This document shows positions 1 through 11,323 of a DNA stretch of 64,000 bases, in pieces. The notes beneath the pieces were generated by a model, which was given only the letters and a program-made list of their open reading frames with translations, was not told where the DNA came from and made no database searches. The first letter of the stretch is position 1, and each line of letters begins with the position of its first letter. Source of the stretch: Camelus ferus (lineage: Eukaryota); assembly GCF_009834535.1 (NCBI RefSeq), contig NC_045697.1:108874001-108938000 (forward strand). The letters are read 5' to 3'. Both the position numbers and the translations under genes were made by a program.

Positions 1-296
1 TTTCCTAGATATTGATACATATTTATTCTTCCAGACAAAAATCAGAATTATCTTACAAAATTTTCAACAAAACTGCATTGGGATTTTTGACTGAAATTAA
101 CTTAGAGGAAACAGACATATTTCAATATTGATTCTTCCCATTTGTTCAAGGACATGAAATATGTCCCCAATTCTTTTTAAAGTTTCATAAACTTCAAAGT
201 CTTTGCCAATAGCTACAGCTAATTAACGAGTTCTGAAATATGCATGCCCTTTTGATTTACAGCAGATTGAAAACTAAATTGATTAATATGCGAATA

Positions 297-498
297 CAGT
301 TAACCCTTGAACAACTTGGGGGTCAGGGGCACTGACTCTCCACGAAATTGAAAACATGCATATAACTGTACAGTCAGTCCTCTGTATCCCTGCATTCAAC
401 CGAGGACCAGTGTAGTCCTGTAGTATGTATTCAGTGAAAGAAATCCGTATCTTAGTGGATCCTTGCAGTTCAAACCTGTGTTTTTCAAGGGTCAACTG
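297..498 (-). mobile_element. MER8-like Tigger2-derived MITE
   Basis: TIRs CAGTTAACCCTTGAA ... TTCAAGGGTCAACTG with TA on both sides (295-296, 499-500). Confidence 0.85.
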
Positions 499-521
499 TA
501 CCTTTATCTGTACTAGGTGGT

Positions 522-895
522 TGTTATGGACTGAATGAATGACTCAAGACTCATAGTTGAAGCCCTAACCCCCCAGTGCGATGGTATTTGGAGATGGGGC
601 TTTGTAGAGGTAATTAGGATTAGATGAGGTTATGAAGAGGGGCCCTTATGATGGGACAGAACTCTTATAAGAAGAGACACTGGAGAGCTAGTGCTTGCTC
701 TCTCTCTGTCCCTGTGCTGGTACAAAGAGGAGGTCATGTGAGCATCAGAAAGAAGGTGACTGTTTGCGAGAGCCCTCACCATAAATTGACCATGTTGGCA
801 CCCTGATTTCGAGGCTCAAATTCAGCAGAATGAATTTCTGTTGTTTAAGCCACACAGTCAACGGTATTTTGTTATGGCAGCCCCAGCAGACTACA
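522..895 (+). mobile_element. MLT1A-type ERVL-MaLR solo LTR
   Basis: TG...CA ends; tgttatggactgaat start and ttgtttaagccac...ttttgttatggcagccc end motifs. Confidence 0.8.
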
Positions 896-1289
896 ATAGT
901 AGTGTGCATCTCAGTCTTCCCCTGGACTCGGGGTTACCCCCAGCTACACAAGTTAATCACAGCCCAAGGAAATAGCACAACTGAATCAGCTAATGTGGTG
1001 ACAGAAAGGGCTACTTGGTTATGAGTACTTATTTTACTGAATTGCTTTCTATGAGGATCAATTTAGGAAAAAGGAAGGTTTCTAAGTCGCCTTATTCTCT
1101 CATTCAAAAGGAAAATTAATTCTACAGATAAATTGTGTAATTTTAGAAACGTTGGCTTCCCTATTTTATTGCATAGAAGAATCTCTATGAGAAAATTGTC
1201 ATTGGTGTTTACCACCCACGATGTTGATACACGAGCATATCTGGGAGTGGTGACTCGGAGGGACCTTCCTAATCATTCCTTACAGTTGT

Positions 1290-1445
1290 GGAACACTTGA
1301 GAGTGTGCTAACTGCATTCACATGCAAATTTTTCTTTCATCCTCAAAATAAATTCAAATGAAGTGTCAGTCTCATTTTATGGAAGCTGAGATTCAGAGAA
1401 ATGAAATGCCTTTTGCAAGGTAGCGCAGAACCAGGGCTAGATTTA
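1290..1445 (-). mobile_element. MIR SINE fragment
   Basis: MIR core remnant cattttatggaagctgagattcagagaa. Confidence 0.55.
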
Positions 1446-2659
1446 ATTTACTCCATCAAATGAATTTTTTTCTGAGAACTTCATTGTATGCATATTATGG
1501 CCCCTAACCCAGGCCTTTCTCTCCTAGGATCTCCTCTCCGCACTGGGGTAGCTGCGTGGCTGCCTTATACCTTGTACTTCGCTCAGGTAGCTTCTGGTGC
1601 CGCCCAGTATCCAGCCACCACTGGACTCGGAACCTGCGGGCAGACGTGTGGTGCTGCCTTTCCTAGGGGCAAACCTCTCTCAGCCAGTCTCCTCCGAGCC
1701 CCTGCTGGGCCAGTGATTGAAAAGGCCTCTCTTGACATCTGAGGGGTTTGCCTGGAAAGCTCTCCTTCAACTCCTCCTCTCCTACTTTCCTTTCCCTCCC
1801 AATTATTCTGCTTTGTATACACTTAAAGTGAGGTTTAACATTTGATCTTAGGTTCAAATGAGGAGCCAGGCAGGTAATGAAACCCACAGGCTTTGACTTA
1901 CTCATTGTCCTACTTTATCCTGAACCAAACCTTTCACTAGTGGAGTGAAACAATGTCCAAAACTCAGTGTAGAATTTGTCGCTTGGTGAAGCAGAAAGAA
2001 GCAAAAACATAGTTGAAACAGTAGGAATTTATAAGGCAAGATAATGAAAATAATGCCACATTTAATTGAAAAACAAGTTAATTGTAAGTTCTTTTTTCAA
2101 AAAGACAAGTGATACTTGTATTGACTGTGTTCAGAGACGACAAATCAGGAGGGAGGTATGCAGTGGTGATTGCTTTAGGAAAAATGAATTAAAAATTTTT
2201 GTTCTGAAAATGATTTAAATCTATGTATCTTGGAAACTACACAGAAGAATGCACATTAACAGTTTATTTTTCAACTTAAATCTGCAGGCATTTTTTTCTT
2301 ATTCTTTACAGGAGACTTGTCTTATTTTATCATCTTTAGATTTATTATGCCCCAGAAGTGAAAAATGGATCCTGTCATATAGAGAGGAAAAAAGCAGTAC
2401 TTTCAACACTTTGGGAATATTAAAGTTGTTTTGAACATTTGCACTAGAACTCTGTGGAACCTGGAACCTCTGTGTTAAAGCAGTACAGAATTACCCAGTC
2501 AGAAGGTCCCAGTATTTCGTTAGCAACAATGTTCTCAGGAGAGATGTTATGAATACAGCTATCAGCATAGAGCCAGGATATTCTCTTAAAATACTCTGAC
2601 CTCAGGCCCTAAACTCAAGGGAAAGAAACAACAGAATTTTCTTTTACAGAGTATAGAGA

Positions 2660-2840
2660 AGAAGTATTATAGTATGTAGTTAGAGGAACACAGGGCTAGG
2701 TGACAGGGAACAACTGCATTTTAGTTCTGGCCCTGAAATTTTAACCAAATCATCTTTCTAGGTTTTAATTTCCTCATCTGTAAAATTGGAGATCACAATT
2801 CTTATGTCATAGAGTATCTGGAATGATTAAATAAAAATAT
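2660..2840 (+). mobile_element. MIR SINE fragment
   Basis: tttcctcatctgtaaaattggagat core. Confidence 0.7.
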
Positions 2841-4423
2841 TCTATATCAAAATGGTGGAGAAAGAAAGAGAAAAGAATTATTGAGGGCTCAATGTACGCC
2901 AGGTACTTTAGTTACAAGTTGGGCTTTTTAAGAGAGATCAAGGATGATTTAAGTTCATGATTATACCACACTGAAATTTTAAATCAAATCATTAATAAAA
3001 ATACTTTTAATTAAAGTTAAGTAATCTGTATTTCACTCTAAAAGAAACTTTTTTAATTTTAATACATTTTTAAGGCCTAGTATTACTAAAGCTCAAAGGC
3101 AAACTAAATTAGTGGAAAATAAAAATACTTTCTATAAATATTTCCTTCCAAATGTGTCTTGTGTTGTAGACTAATAATAATTCAGAATAAAAATAATCTG
3201 TATTAATGTTTTACATTTTTTCAAAATACTTTTCAAAGGGAACACTAAATTAGATGTATTAAGTTAAATAAACATAGTATTTAAAATTTAACACCAGAAA
3301 AATCTGACACATTGTTATATTCTTCTACTGGTTAAAGACTGTTTTATGGATGGAGTGTAAATAATTTCACACAACATTTTAAAACATTCTGTAGACAAAA
3401 CTTCCTCAAACAGAAATTTAATCTAAAATGTTACCCACTGAATTTTTTAAAAAATTAAATACATCAAAATATGCTGAAAGAACAATTTTTCCTGAAAATA
3501 AAATTCAGTAAAATCAAAAAATAATTCTATGTTATTGATTAAAAGTTTCAGCTGTTAAAATAAAACTAAGAACCACATACTTTCTTAAGTAACTGCATAT
3601 GTATTTTCATATTTACTTTTTAAGAGCAATCTTATTAAAAATAAATATCAGAGTGTAAAAATGTTTCAGTTGTGTACTTTTCTATTAAACACACACATAT
3701 ACATACAAATAGGAAGAATCCATATCATCTTCTGGTTATAGATAATTTAAAAATCTGACAAGGTCATAGTCTCTCTTGACCTTATATAGAAATAATGTAA
3801 AAGTTAGACATATATTTTTAATCATTTTGGTGTATAAGTGGGTCAGATTTTATTTTCAGTAGTTTTTCATAATTTTTATTAGGAAGATTAGCTAGTAATG
3901 AGAAAAAAAGTAATTTAAACTTAACACTTGATACTTAAGAGTATAGTTAGAGTATATACGTTTATAAAAATAAACATCTAAGCAATAGATATTTTGTTTC
4001 TTAGATGAGGTAGATAAATTAAAATATTCTAGAACATGATCTGAACTTAAAAAAAAAACAAAAACAGAAATTAGCAATCACCAATTCAACCAGCATGACT
4101 CAAATAGCTGGAGAGTTCTTTTTATTTTCGACATATATGTCATATATTTTAAGTACAAAGCCTATGAAATCCATTTTCTACTCCCCAAAACCTTCTTAAG
4201 TTGAAATTTATATTTTTCATTGACTTACTCATTATTTAATCGACGTAGAGGACTTTGCATTTAATTTAATTTAATCTACCTAGAGACTAAAGACATTTGC
4301 AATTAAACCAAAGATTCTAGCTTTTCATTTTTTATGTTTAAGTGATATTTTCCTTTTAACCACCTAATATAGTAAAATACATTAGAAAAAGCTATCACTC
4401 TTCAGATGTTGCACAATAAATAA

Positions 4424-5962
4424 TTACTTAGATGATAAAGAGTTAACAAAAATTTCAATGTCTGCTAAAGAATTATGAAGCCCATCATTCATATCTTGAC
4501 TTCTAAGAAAACTTTTCAGAGTATCTAAAGCAGTTATTGCCTCATTTTTGGACGGTAAAGGGAGTTCGGTTCCCAGAGATCCACCTTCATCCTCTTCGTC
4601 AGAAGTATAAAATCCAGTTTCATCTGGTTTACTTTCTTTGGTCCATTCAGCATCACCACTGGGTGCTGCTTCACATGTCTCTAAATCATCATCCAGGGCA
4701 GCATACTCTTCGATCGATAAGCCTTCAGGAAATTCCACTCCTGCCGCCTGGGCGGGGGCAACCAAATCAAGACCAGTGTCCGTCTCTGCATCTGTCTTGT
4801 CGCTTTCTTCCTGTTGCGATTTGAACCCTGCCTCTTCATAGCTCTTCACAATAGTCTGTGGGGTTACAGCCCTCCAGCAGAGATGCAATGTGTCAACTGC
4901 ATCTAGCAGGGAGAAGGTAAATTCTTTGCTGCCTTCAACAGAGCTTAAAAATTTCTTAATAAGACAGTGTCGGTACTTGATTTTAAGGCTTTTAATGACA
5001 CCTTGTTTCATAGCTATAAATTTGGAAGATAAACATGATGGAAAAAACGCTAACTCGATGGACTTTAGGTTTTTTACCTCTGGGTGTGCTGGAAAAGATT
5101 CGACAAAAATCACCACTCTTCTTTGCTCAGCTTGAAATTTCTCATCAAGCTTCCGCATCCATTGTTCAAATACATCTGAGGTCATCCATGCCATTTTGTT
5201 AGCTTCATAATACACAGGCAAGGACTTTATGCCTTTGAAACAATGTGGATTTTTGTTTTTTCCAATGACAAGCAAAGGAAGTTTCTCTGAGCCGTCCATG
5301 TTTGTCCCAACCACCAGAGTTATTCTGTCTTTGCATAACTTTCCAATAGAGCAAGTTTCCCCTTTAAATGCAAATGTTTTTGTAGGTAACATTCGATAAA
5401 GCAGCGCAGTCTCTTTTACATTAAAAACATTTTTAGGATGATAATCATTTAAATAATAAGGAAGTATGTTTTGGTGCCAGACAGTTGAAGGGTCTACTGA
5501 TACACCAGTAGCTTCGGCAGGTTGAGCTCTGAACACTAAACCGTACCTGGATTTAAAGCGATCCAACCAACCGTTACTGCACTTGAAATCATTATGTCCC
5601 AGTTTCTGGGCAAAATCATTAGCCTTTAGACGCAACATTGGACCATTAACTGGTACATTCAGACACTGAGCAATTCGATACCACCTCATTAATGCCTCTT
5701 CCAGATCTGTGTAAAAAGCAGTTCTCAGTCTTTTTCTCTTTGGATCAAACCTCAGAGATTCAAAGGCTTCTAGAACTTTGTCTTTATTCTTCATAATAGA
5801 AGACAATGAATTTTTCTTTATTCCATATTCAGCTGCAATCTCTGCTTTTTTCTTGCCGCTTTCTACTGCATTTATGATATCGATCTTTTCTTCAATGGAT
5901 AGACTTTTCTTTTTCTTCCCGGTTACAGGTAGAGTTGTGGCATCCACAGATGCTTCAGCCAT
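4424..5962 (-). CDS. TIGD4: Tigger transposable element-derived protein 4 (domesticated pogo/Tigger transposase; HTH-psq, CENP-B HTH, DDE_1-type domain, acidic C-terminus)
   Basis: Intact intronless 512-aa [16 protein letters not shown]...NSLSSK, recognised as TIGD4. It has the [22 protein letters not shown] motif and the [24 protein letters not shown] transposase motif, a strong Kozak context (GAG ATG G), and lies head-to-head with ARFIP1 as known in mammals. Confidence 0.97.
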   Translation of the reverse strand: MAEASVDATTLPVTGKKKKSLSIEEKIDIINAVESGKKKAEIAAEYGIKKNSLSSIMKNKDKVLEAFESLRFDPKRKRLRTAFYTDLEEALMRWYRIAQCLNVPVNGPMLRLKANDFAQKLGHNDFKCSNGWLDRFKSRYGLVFRAQPAEATGVSVDPSTVWHQNILPYYLNDYHPKNVFNVKETALLYRMLPTKTFAFKGETCSIGKLCKDRITLVVGTNMDGSEKLPLLVIGKNKNPHCFKGIKSLPVYYEANKMAWMTSDVFEQWMRKLDEKFQAEQRRVVIFVESFPAHPEVKNLKSIELAFFPSCLSSKFIAMKQGVIKSLKIKYRHCLIKKFLSSVEGSKEFTFSLLDAVDTLHLCWRAVTPQTIVKSYEEAGFKSQQEESDKTDAETDTGLDLVAPAQAAGVEFPEGLSIEEYAALDDDLETCEAAPSGDAEWTKESKPDETGFYTSDEEDEGGSLGTELPLPSKNEAITALDTLKSFLRSQDMNDGLHNSLADIEIFVNSLSSK

Positions 5963-6506
5963 CTCACCCTGTGCTTATGCAGAGATTTCTCCTCTCTCTG
6001 GGTCTGTTTCTTTAACTAAATTTCTTTGCCAGTATGATACAACTTGCTGCCTTCTATCTTACTTCATATATTACAAGTTTGTAAGTGTCTAATTGCCTTA
6101 TTCTTCAGGAAATGGATGAGTAAATATATTTTTTCAAAGGATCTGAATAAGAAAAAGGTTAGATGCAGGCAGAATATTTTAGAAGAGAAACTTCCTCTCC
6201 AGGACCTTGTGTAGCTCGGTTTATAGTTTATTCAGAGTTCCAGAAGTCAAGCTAAAATAGAAACCTCATTATGTCAAACCTGTCCAGTCCTGCTGATGTA
6301 TTTTTGGAACTTCAATCCTTTAAGATGATCCATTTTATCCATGCGTGCATTCAACCTCCTATTAATTCTCCACAGAAGGCCTCAGAGATAAGAAGAAAAG
6401 CATCCAGTAATTTCACGCAAAATGTTACCCATTAATTTCCAAGTCTCTTCAGGGCGGAGAAGAAATGGTAGAATTCCTCTAGGACTTGACAGTATATATC
6501 CCGTCT
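5963..6506 (-). other. TIGD4: TIGD4 exon 2 5'UTR portion (acceptor AG at 6508-6507)
   Basis: Minus strand reads ttctttttttctcttttaacacttaaag|AGACGG: polypyrimidine tract plus AG, 544 nt upstream of the ATG. Confidence 0.65.
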
Positions 6507-7274
6507 CTTTAAGTGTTAAAAGAGAAAAAAAGAAATCCAGCAATTTTAATGATATGTCAATTGAATATCAAAAATAATATTTATACTAATTGGTTGTGCT
6601 TTTAATAATAATAATGAAAATAATGGAAGCATGTTTCTGAAAATACAGTAACTAAAGCTTCCAGGAGAAATGCTTACCTTCCAAAGGGCGTCTCTGTAAA
6701 AAGCTCTCTAGCTCTGCTCTGAGCCTTTGAATTCTCACTTGCCTTCGAGCGCTTTGTAATATATACCTCTGAAATAAATCAGACAAATTTAATCTGTTTT
6801 GAAAATGTGCGCTTACCAAAATTAAAGACCTAAAAATGATGCTGGATAGATCTTTGGCGGCTGTTTCTCACATGAAGTCACAGACTGCCCCCTCTGACTT
6901 CTCTAAAAGAAACACATAGTCAGACAGTAGTCACAAGGTCCAACTTTTAATAGCACACGGGAGACAGTGCCTCCTTTGCGGGAATCTGGTAGAAAATGCT
7001 TCACTAAAAATCAAATCAAGTGATCCCATTATGAGTTTTAAAAATTGAAATCTTTTTCTATTTCAGTGCTTAAAAATCTAGTAAAACTGTTAATCCACCT
7101 GACACATTAGCCAAATGCACAGAGGTCAGAAATACTTTACAGAATGCATTGCAATAAACAAATCACTAAGAAGATATAATGCAGAAAAAGACCTAGGCTA
7201 AGAGTGAGAAGGAGAGTGACCATGGTCTTAACAGCTCATGAACTACACTTCTTTATCTGTGAAATAAAAGGGCT

Positions 7275-7535
7275 TATCATAGTGTAAGGACATCAGCTTC
7301 GGTGCCAGACACACCTGAACTGACAAGTGACTCTGCCATTTTGTGCCTAATGTGATCCTGGGTAGTTTAAAATATTTGAAGCCTTAGCATCCATATTTGT
7401 GAAATAAGGGTACCTACAGCATGTACCTCGTAGGTAACTGCACAGTCAGTGAGATGCAAGGATAGAGCGTAGAGCACTGAGCCCAGTATTTAACACCTTA
7501 CAAAGTAAAGTGTTCAATACGTGTTTGATGATCTC
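7275..7535 (+). mobile_element. MIR SINE
   Basis: Diverged MIR: tgtgatcctgggtag...atttgtgaaataaggg...tgttcaatac. Confidence 0.6.
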
Positions 7536-9577
7536 ATCATCATTATCTTCTCCTAATGTCTCTGTCAGCTGTGTCAAACTATAAAATTCAGAGATTTTAT
7601 GAAATCCTACTTCAAATAGAAGCAAGAATCTCACCTTTAAAAAAATACTAAAAGCAGAGCTCTTCCTAAGCCAAACAGTACTACGGGAACAGTCACAGGG
7701 CCCCAGATGGGCTCACCCCCAGCTTCCCAGGTAGCATCTCCCCACCAGAATCTCCAGGCTTCAGGCCTCCTGCAGGCCAAGGTAACAAGCTAATGTGATG
7801 AACAGGTGTTCACTACTGTATCAGTGTCGAAACTCCCTTCCTCTAGTTCTTCTCTCTGTCCTCTGAGATATCAAGATGACACATGAACTTTTTTTTTTGG
7901 ACAAAACTTTGTCAAAATTCCTCTGCCTTTGTTGTCCAAATCAAAGAAGTAGTTTTTATAATAGGAAATAGAAGCACTAGAGGAGTTTTTTTGTTATTGC
8001 TTTTATTACAAAAATTAAAATGTCTTAATAATAGTAATGACAGCCTAGGGCATCAGTTTCCAAATTGCTTCACTTCCTGTCCAGACAATTCAGGAGGAAG
8101 TTAAAACTGGACTTCAAAGCTCATACGGTTATAATGTGGTTGAATGCAGTCCCGGAATCCAGGCTTTCTGACATCAAGTCTACCATTCTTTTCACCATAT
8201 TACAGTGTCCTTGAATCACGTGTTGTGGCTCCTCTGACAGTTACACATTCTATGCCCCAGCACCAAGCCAACTCAGTATTTCCAAGGCCTATCCAAACCT
8301 ACCTCCCTCTCAAAAAAAACAAAGGTAATATCAGGCCTCCATGGGAGAAGAGCCGTTATGAATTCTGTGAACACAAAGAGCAACCATTTCCCATATTCAA
8401 CTGTTATAAACGGTTGACCTTTCTAAATAAGATCTGATCAACTTAAAAAAAAGATCTTGTTCATATACAGGATCTCCTGGGATATTTTTCTACAATTTCC
8501 TGTAAATCTACCATTATTTCAAAATAAAAATTTAAAAATATCTCGCTTATTAGGAAGATACCAACATTTAGAAATTTAGGTAGCAAGAACCAATTTTTCA
8601 AGAAAAGTCAAAACCAAGCGAAACTACTCTCCAAAAGAAAAAGGGAATCTCTTCCTTCTTTTTGTTTTCCTTTCTTCCTCTTTTTCTTCTTTCCTTCCTT
8701 TTTCCCTTCTGCCTTGTTTCATTTGTCAGAAATATCATCTCAAACAACAAGGATTACAGAAAAAGTAACTTGAAATTTCTTCTATTACCCTATCCTAAAT
8801 AAAGCAATAAAATATACACAATCAGATTTTTATTATCTTGATCAAACTGAAAATAGTGATTTTTTTTTTTAGGAAGATTTTTTTTCTGAGAGCTAACAGA
8901 ATATATTTCCTTCTAGAACAGTAGTCAATGCTACAATTTTCCATGGTAAGATGCAATATATCTTTATTCCTAAAACAACCACATTTCTAATGCCAAACCA
9001 GACAAGATAGACTTTTTCCCTAGCAAAGAATAAGGGACCAATACTGCCTCATCAATGAAGCAGACATTTTGCATTCTCCCACAGTACAACGGCTGGGATA
9101 ACTTTTTGCAGGGAGTAATGGCAGCAGATAATATTTCTTCGAAGTACTTATTCTCTCAATTAAGCTCATTAATCATTCTACCCCTTGAAAATATTACAGG
9201 AGAGAAATGCTGTTAAGAACTATTTTCTCTATGTCAACAGTAAAGCTAACTGAAGAAAGAGAATCGGCAATTCACTAAAAAAGACTTTACCAACTGAACC
9301 ACAAATAAAGAAAACAATTCTACTGTAATAACAGAAATGTAAATCTTCTTTCAAAACAGGAGCTACCTTTCTATTTTTGCAGTATCTAGTGTTTCCCAAG
9401 ATGCAGTAACATAGGTTGTTAGGGGGCCCATAAATTGCCACAAAGCTTATGGAGGGCAAATTAGCAATATGATATGAAAACCTTAAAAATGTACATAATT
9501 TTTATCCAGAAAGTCCGTACCTAGGACTTTATCCCCCCAAAATAATAATAGATGTAAAAATAATCTAGCTTACAAAT

Positions 9578-11323
9578 ATATTCATTTTGCTATTGTTGTG
9601 TAACAAATGAACACACATTTAGTGGCTTAAAACAACACCCATTTATTATCTCACAGTTCTGTAGGTCAAGAGTCCAGGTGGGCTCAACTGGGTCTTCTGC
9701 TTAGGGTCTTACAGGGCAGAAATCAAGATGACGGTCAGGTGGAGCTCTTCTCTGGAGGCTCTGGGAGAGAATTTGCTTCCAAGCTTATTCAGGTTATTTG
9801 CAGAATTCACCTCCTATGGCTGTAGGACTGAGGTCCCTTGGATTTTGTTGGCTGTCAGCAGACACTGCTCTCAGTTCTTGGAGGCCTCCCTCAGGTACTT
9901 GCCTGTGGTCTTCTTTATTTCAGCAACAGAGAACTTTCCTCATGTCAAAACTCTCCTACGCTTCAAACCTCTCTGATTTTCTCTGCTGCCACCATCAGGA
10001 GAAAACTCTATTTTTGAAAAGTTCATGTAACCTAATTAACCTTAAAAGCTTTGCACAGCAAAGGAAATCAGCAACAAAACAAAAAGACAATCTACTGAAT
10101 GGCAGAAAATATTGGCAAACGATATGACTGATAAGGGATTAATATCTAAAATATATGAACAGCTTATACAACTCAAAATCAAAAAAAGCCAAACAACTTG
10201 ATTTAAAAATGGGCAGAAGATCTGAATAGACATTCTTTCAAAGAAGATAAACAGATGATCAACAGGCACATGAACAGATCCTTAACATTCATTACTAATC
10301 ATCAGAGAAATGCAAATCAAAACAAGATTATCACTTCAGACCTGTCAGAATGGCTATTATTGAAAAGTCTACAAACAAATGTTGGCGAGGATGTTGAGAA
10401 AAAGGAACCCTAGTATGCTGTTGGTGGGACTATAAATTGGTGTAGCCACTTTAGAAAGCAGTATGGAAGGTCCTCAAAACACTAAAAATAGAACTACCAT
10501 ATGATCCAGCGATTCCACTGCTGGGTATATATTCAAAGAAAATGAAAACACTAATTTGAAAAGATACGTATATCCCAACGTTCATAGCAGTATTATTTAC
10601 AATAGCCAGGATACAGAAGCAACTTAAGTATCCCTCAACAGATGAATGGATAAAGATCTGGTGTAAATATGCAATGGAATATTAGTCATGAAAAAGAATG
10701 AAATTCTGCCATTCGCAACAATGTGGATGGACCTAGAGGGTATTATGCTTAGTGAAATAAGTCAGAGAATGACAAATACTCCATGTTATCACTTTTATGT
10801 GGAATCTAAAAAATAAAAGAAACCAATGTATATAACAAAACAGAAGCAGATTCAGATATCTAGAGAAGAACCTACTGAATACCAGTAGAAGACAGAAGGG
10901 GAGAGGGGAAAAATAGGGGTTTGGGATTAAGAGATATAAACTACTATGTACAAAATAAATAAGGAACAAGGATATTTTGTACAGCACAGGGAAATATAAC
11001 CACTGTTTTGTAATAACTTTAAATGGAGTATAAGCTATAGAAATATAGAATCACTATGTTGTAATCTGAAAATAATATAATATTGTAAATCAATTATACT
11101 TCAATAAAATAAAATAAATAAAAGGCTCATGTAACCAGTTTAGGACAACCCAGATTATCTTCCTTTGATTAACTCAAAGTCAACTGATTAGTAATCTCAA
11201 TTACATCTGCAAAATCCCTTTTACATATAATATAATCATAGGAATGATATCCTATCATGTTCACAGGGAAAGAAATTATGCAAAGTGAAGGTCATTGGAC
11301 ATCATTTTAGAATTCTAACATAC
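9578..11323 (-). mobile_element. MLT1E-type MaLR LTR split by an L1 (arms ~9578-10032 and 11137-11323)
   Basis: gtggcttaaaacaacacccatttattatctcacagttctgtaggtca motif on the left arm; gattaactcaaagtcaactgattag continuation on the right arm. Confidence 0.75.
10033..11120 (+). mobile_element. 5'-truncated L1 (ORF2 C-terminus + 3'UTR + A-rich tail)
   Basis: Decayed ORF2 C-terminal sequence; tail aataaaataaaataaata; 16-bp TSD aaaagttcatgtaacc (10017-10032) / aaaggctcatgtaacc (11121-11136). Confidence 0.9.

Noticed and set aside
297..498. Tigger MITE as a remnant TIR or target of TIGD4
   Set aside because: It is a self-contained element with both TIRs and its own TA duplication; such MITEs are genome-wide, and no TIR pair brackets TIGD4.
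4537..6092. Plus-strand ORFs overlapping TIGD4
   Set aside because: Antisense shadows of the real CDS.
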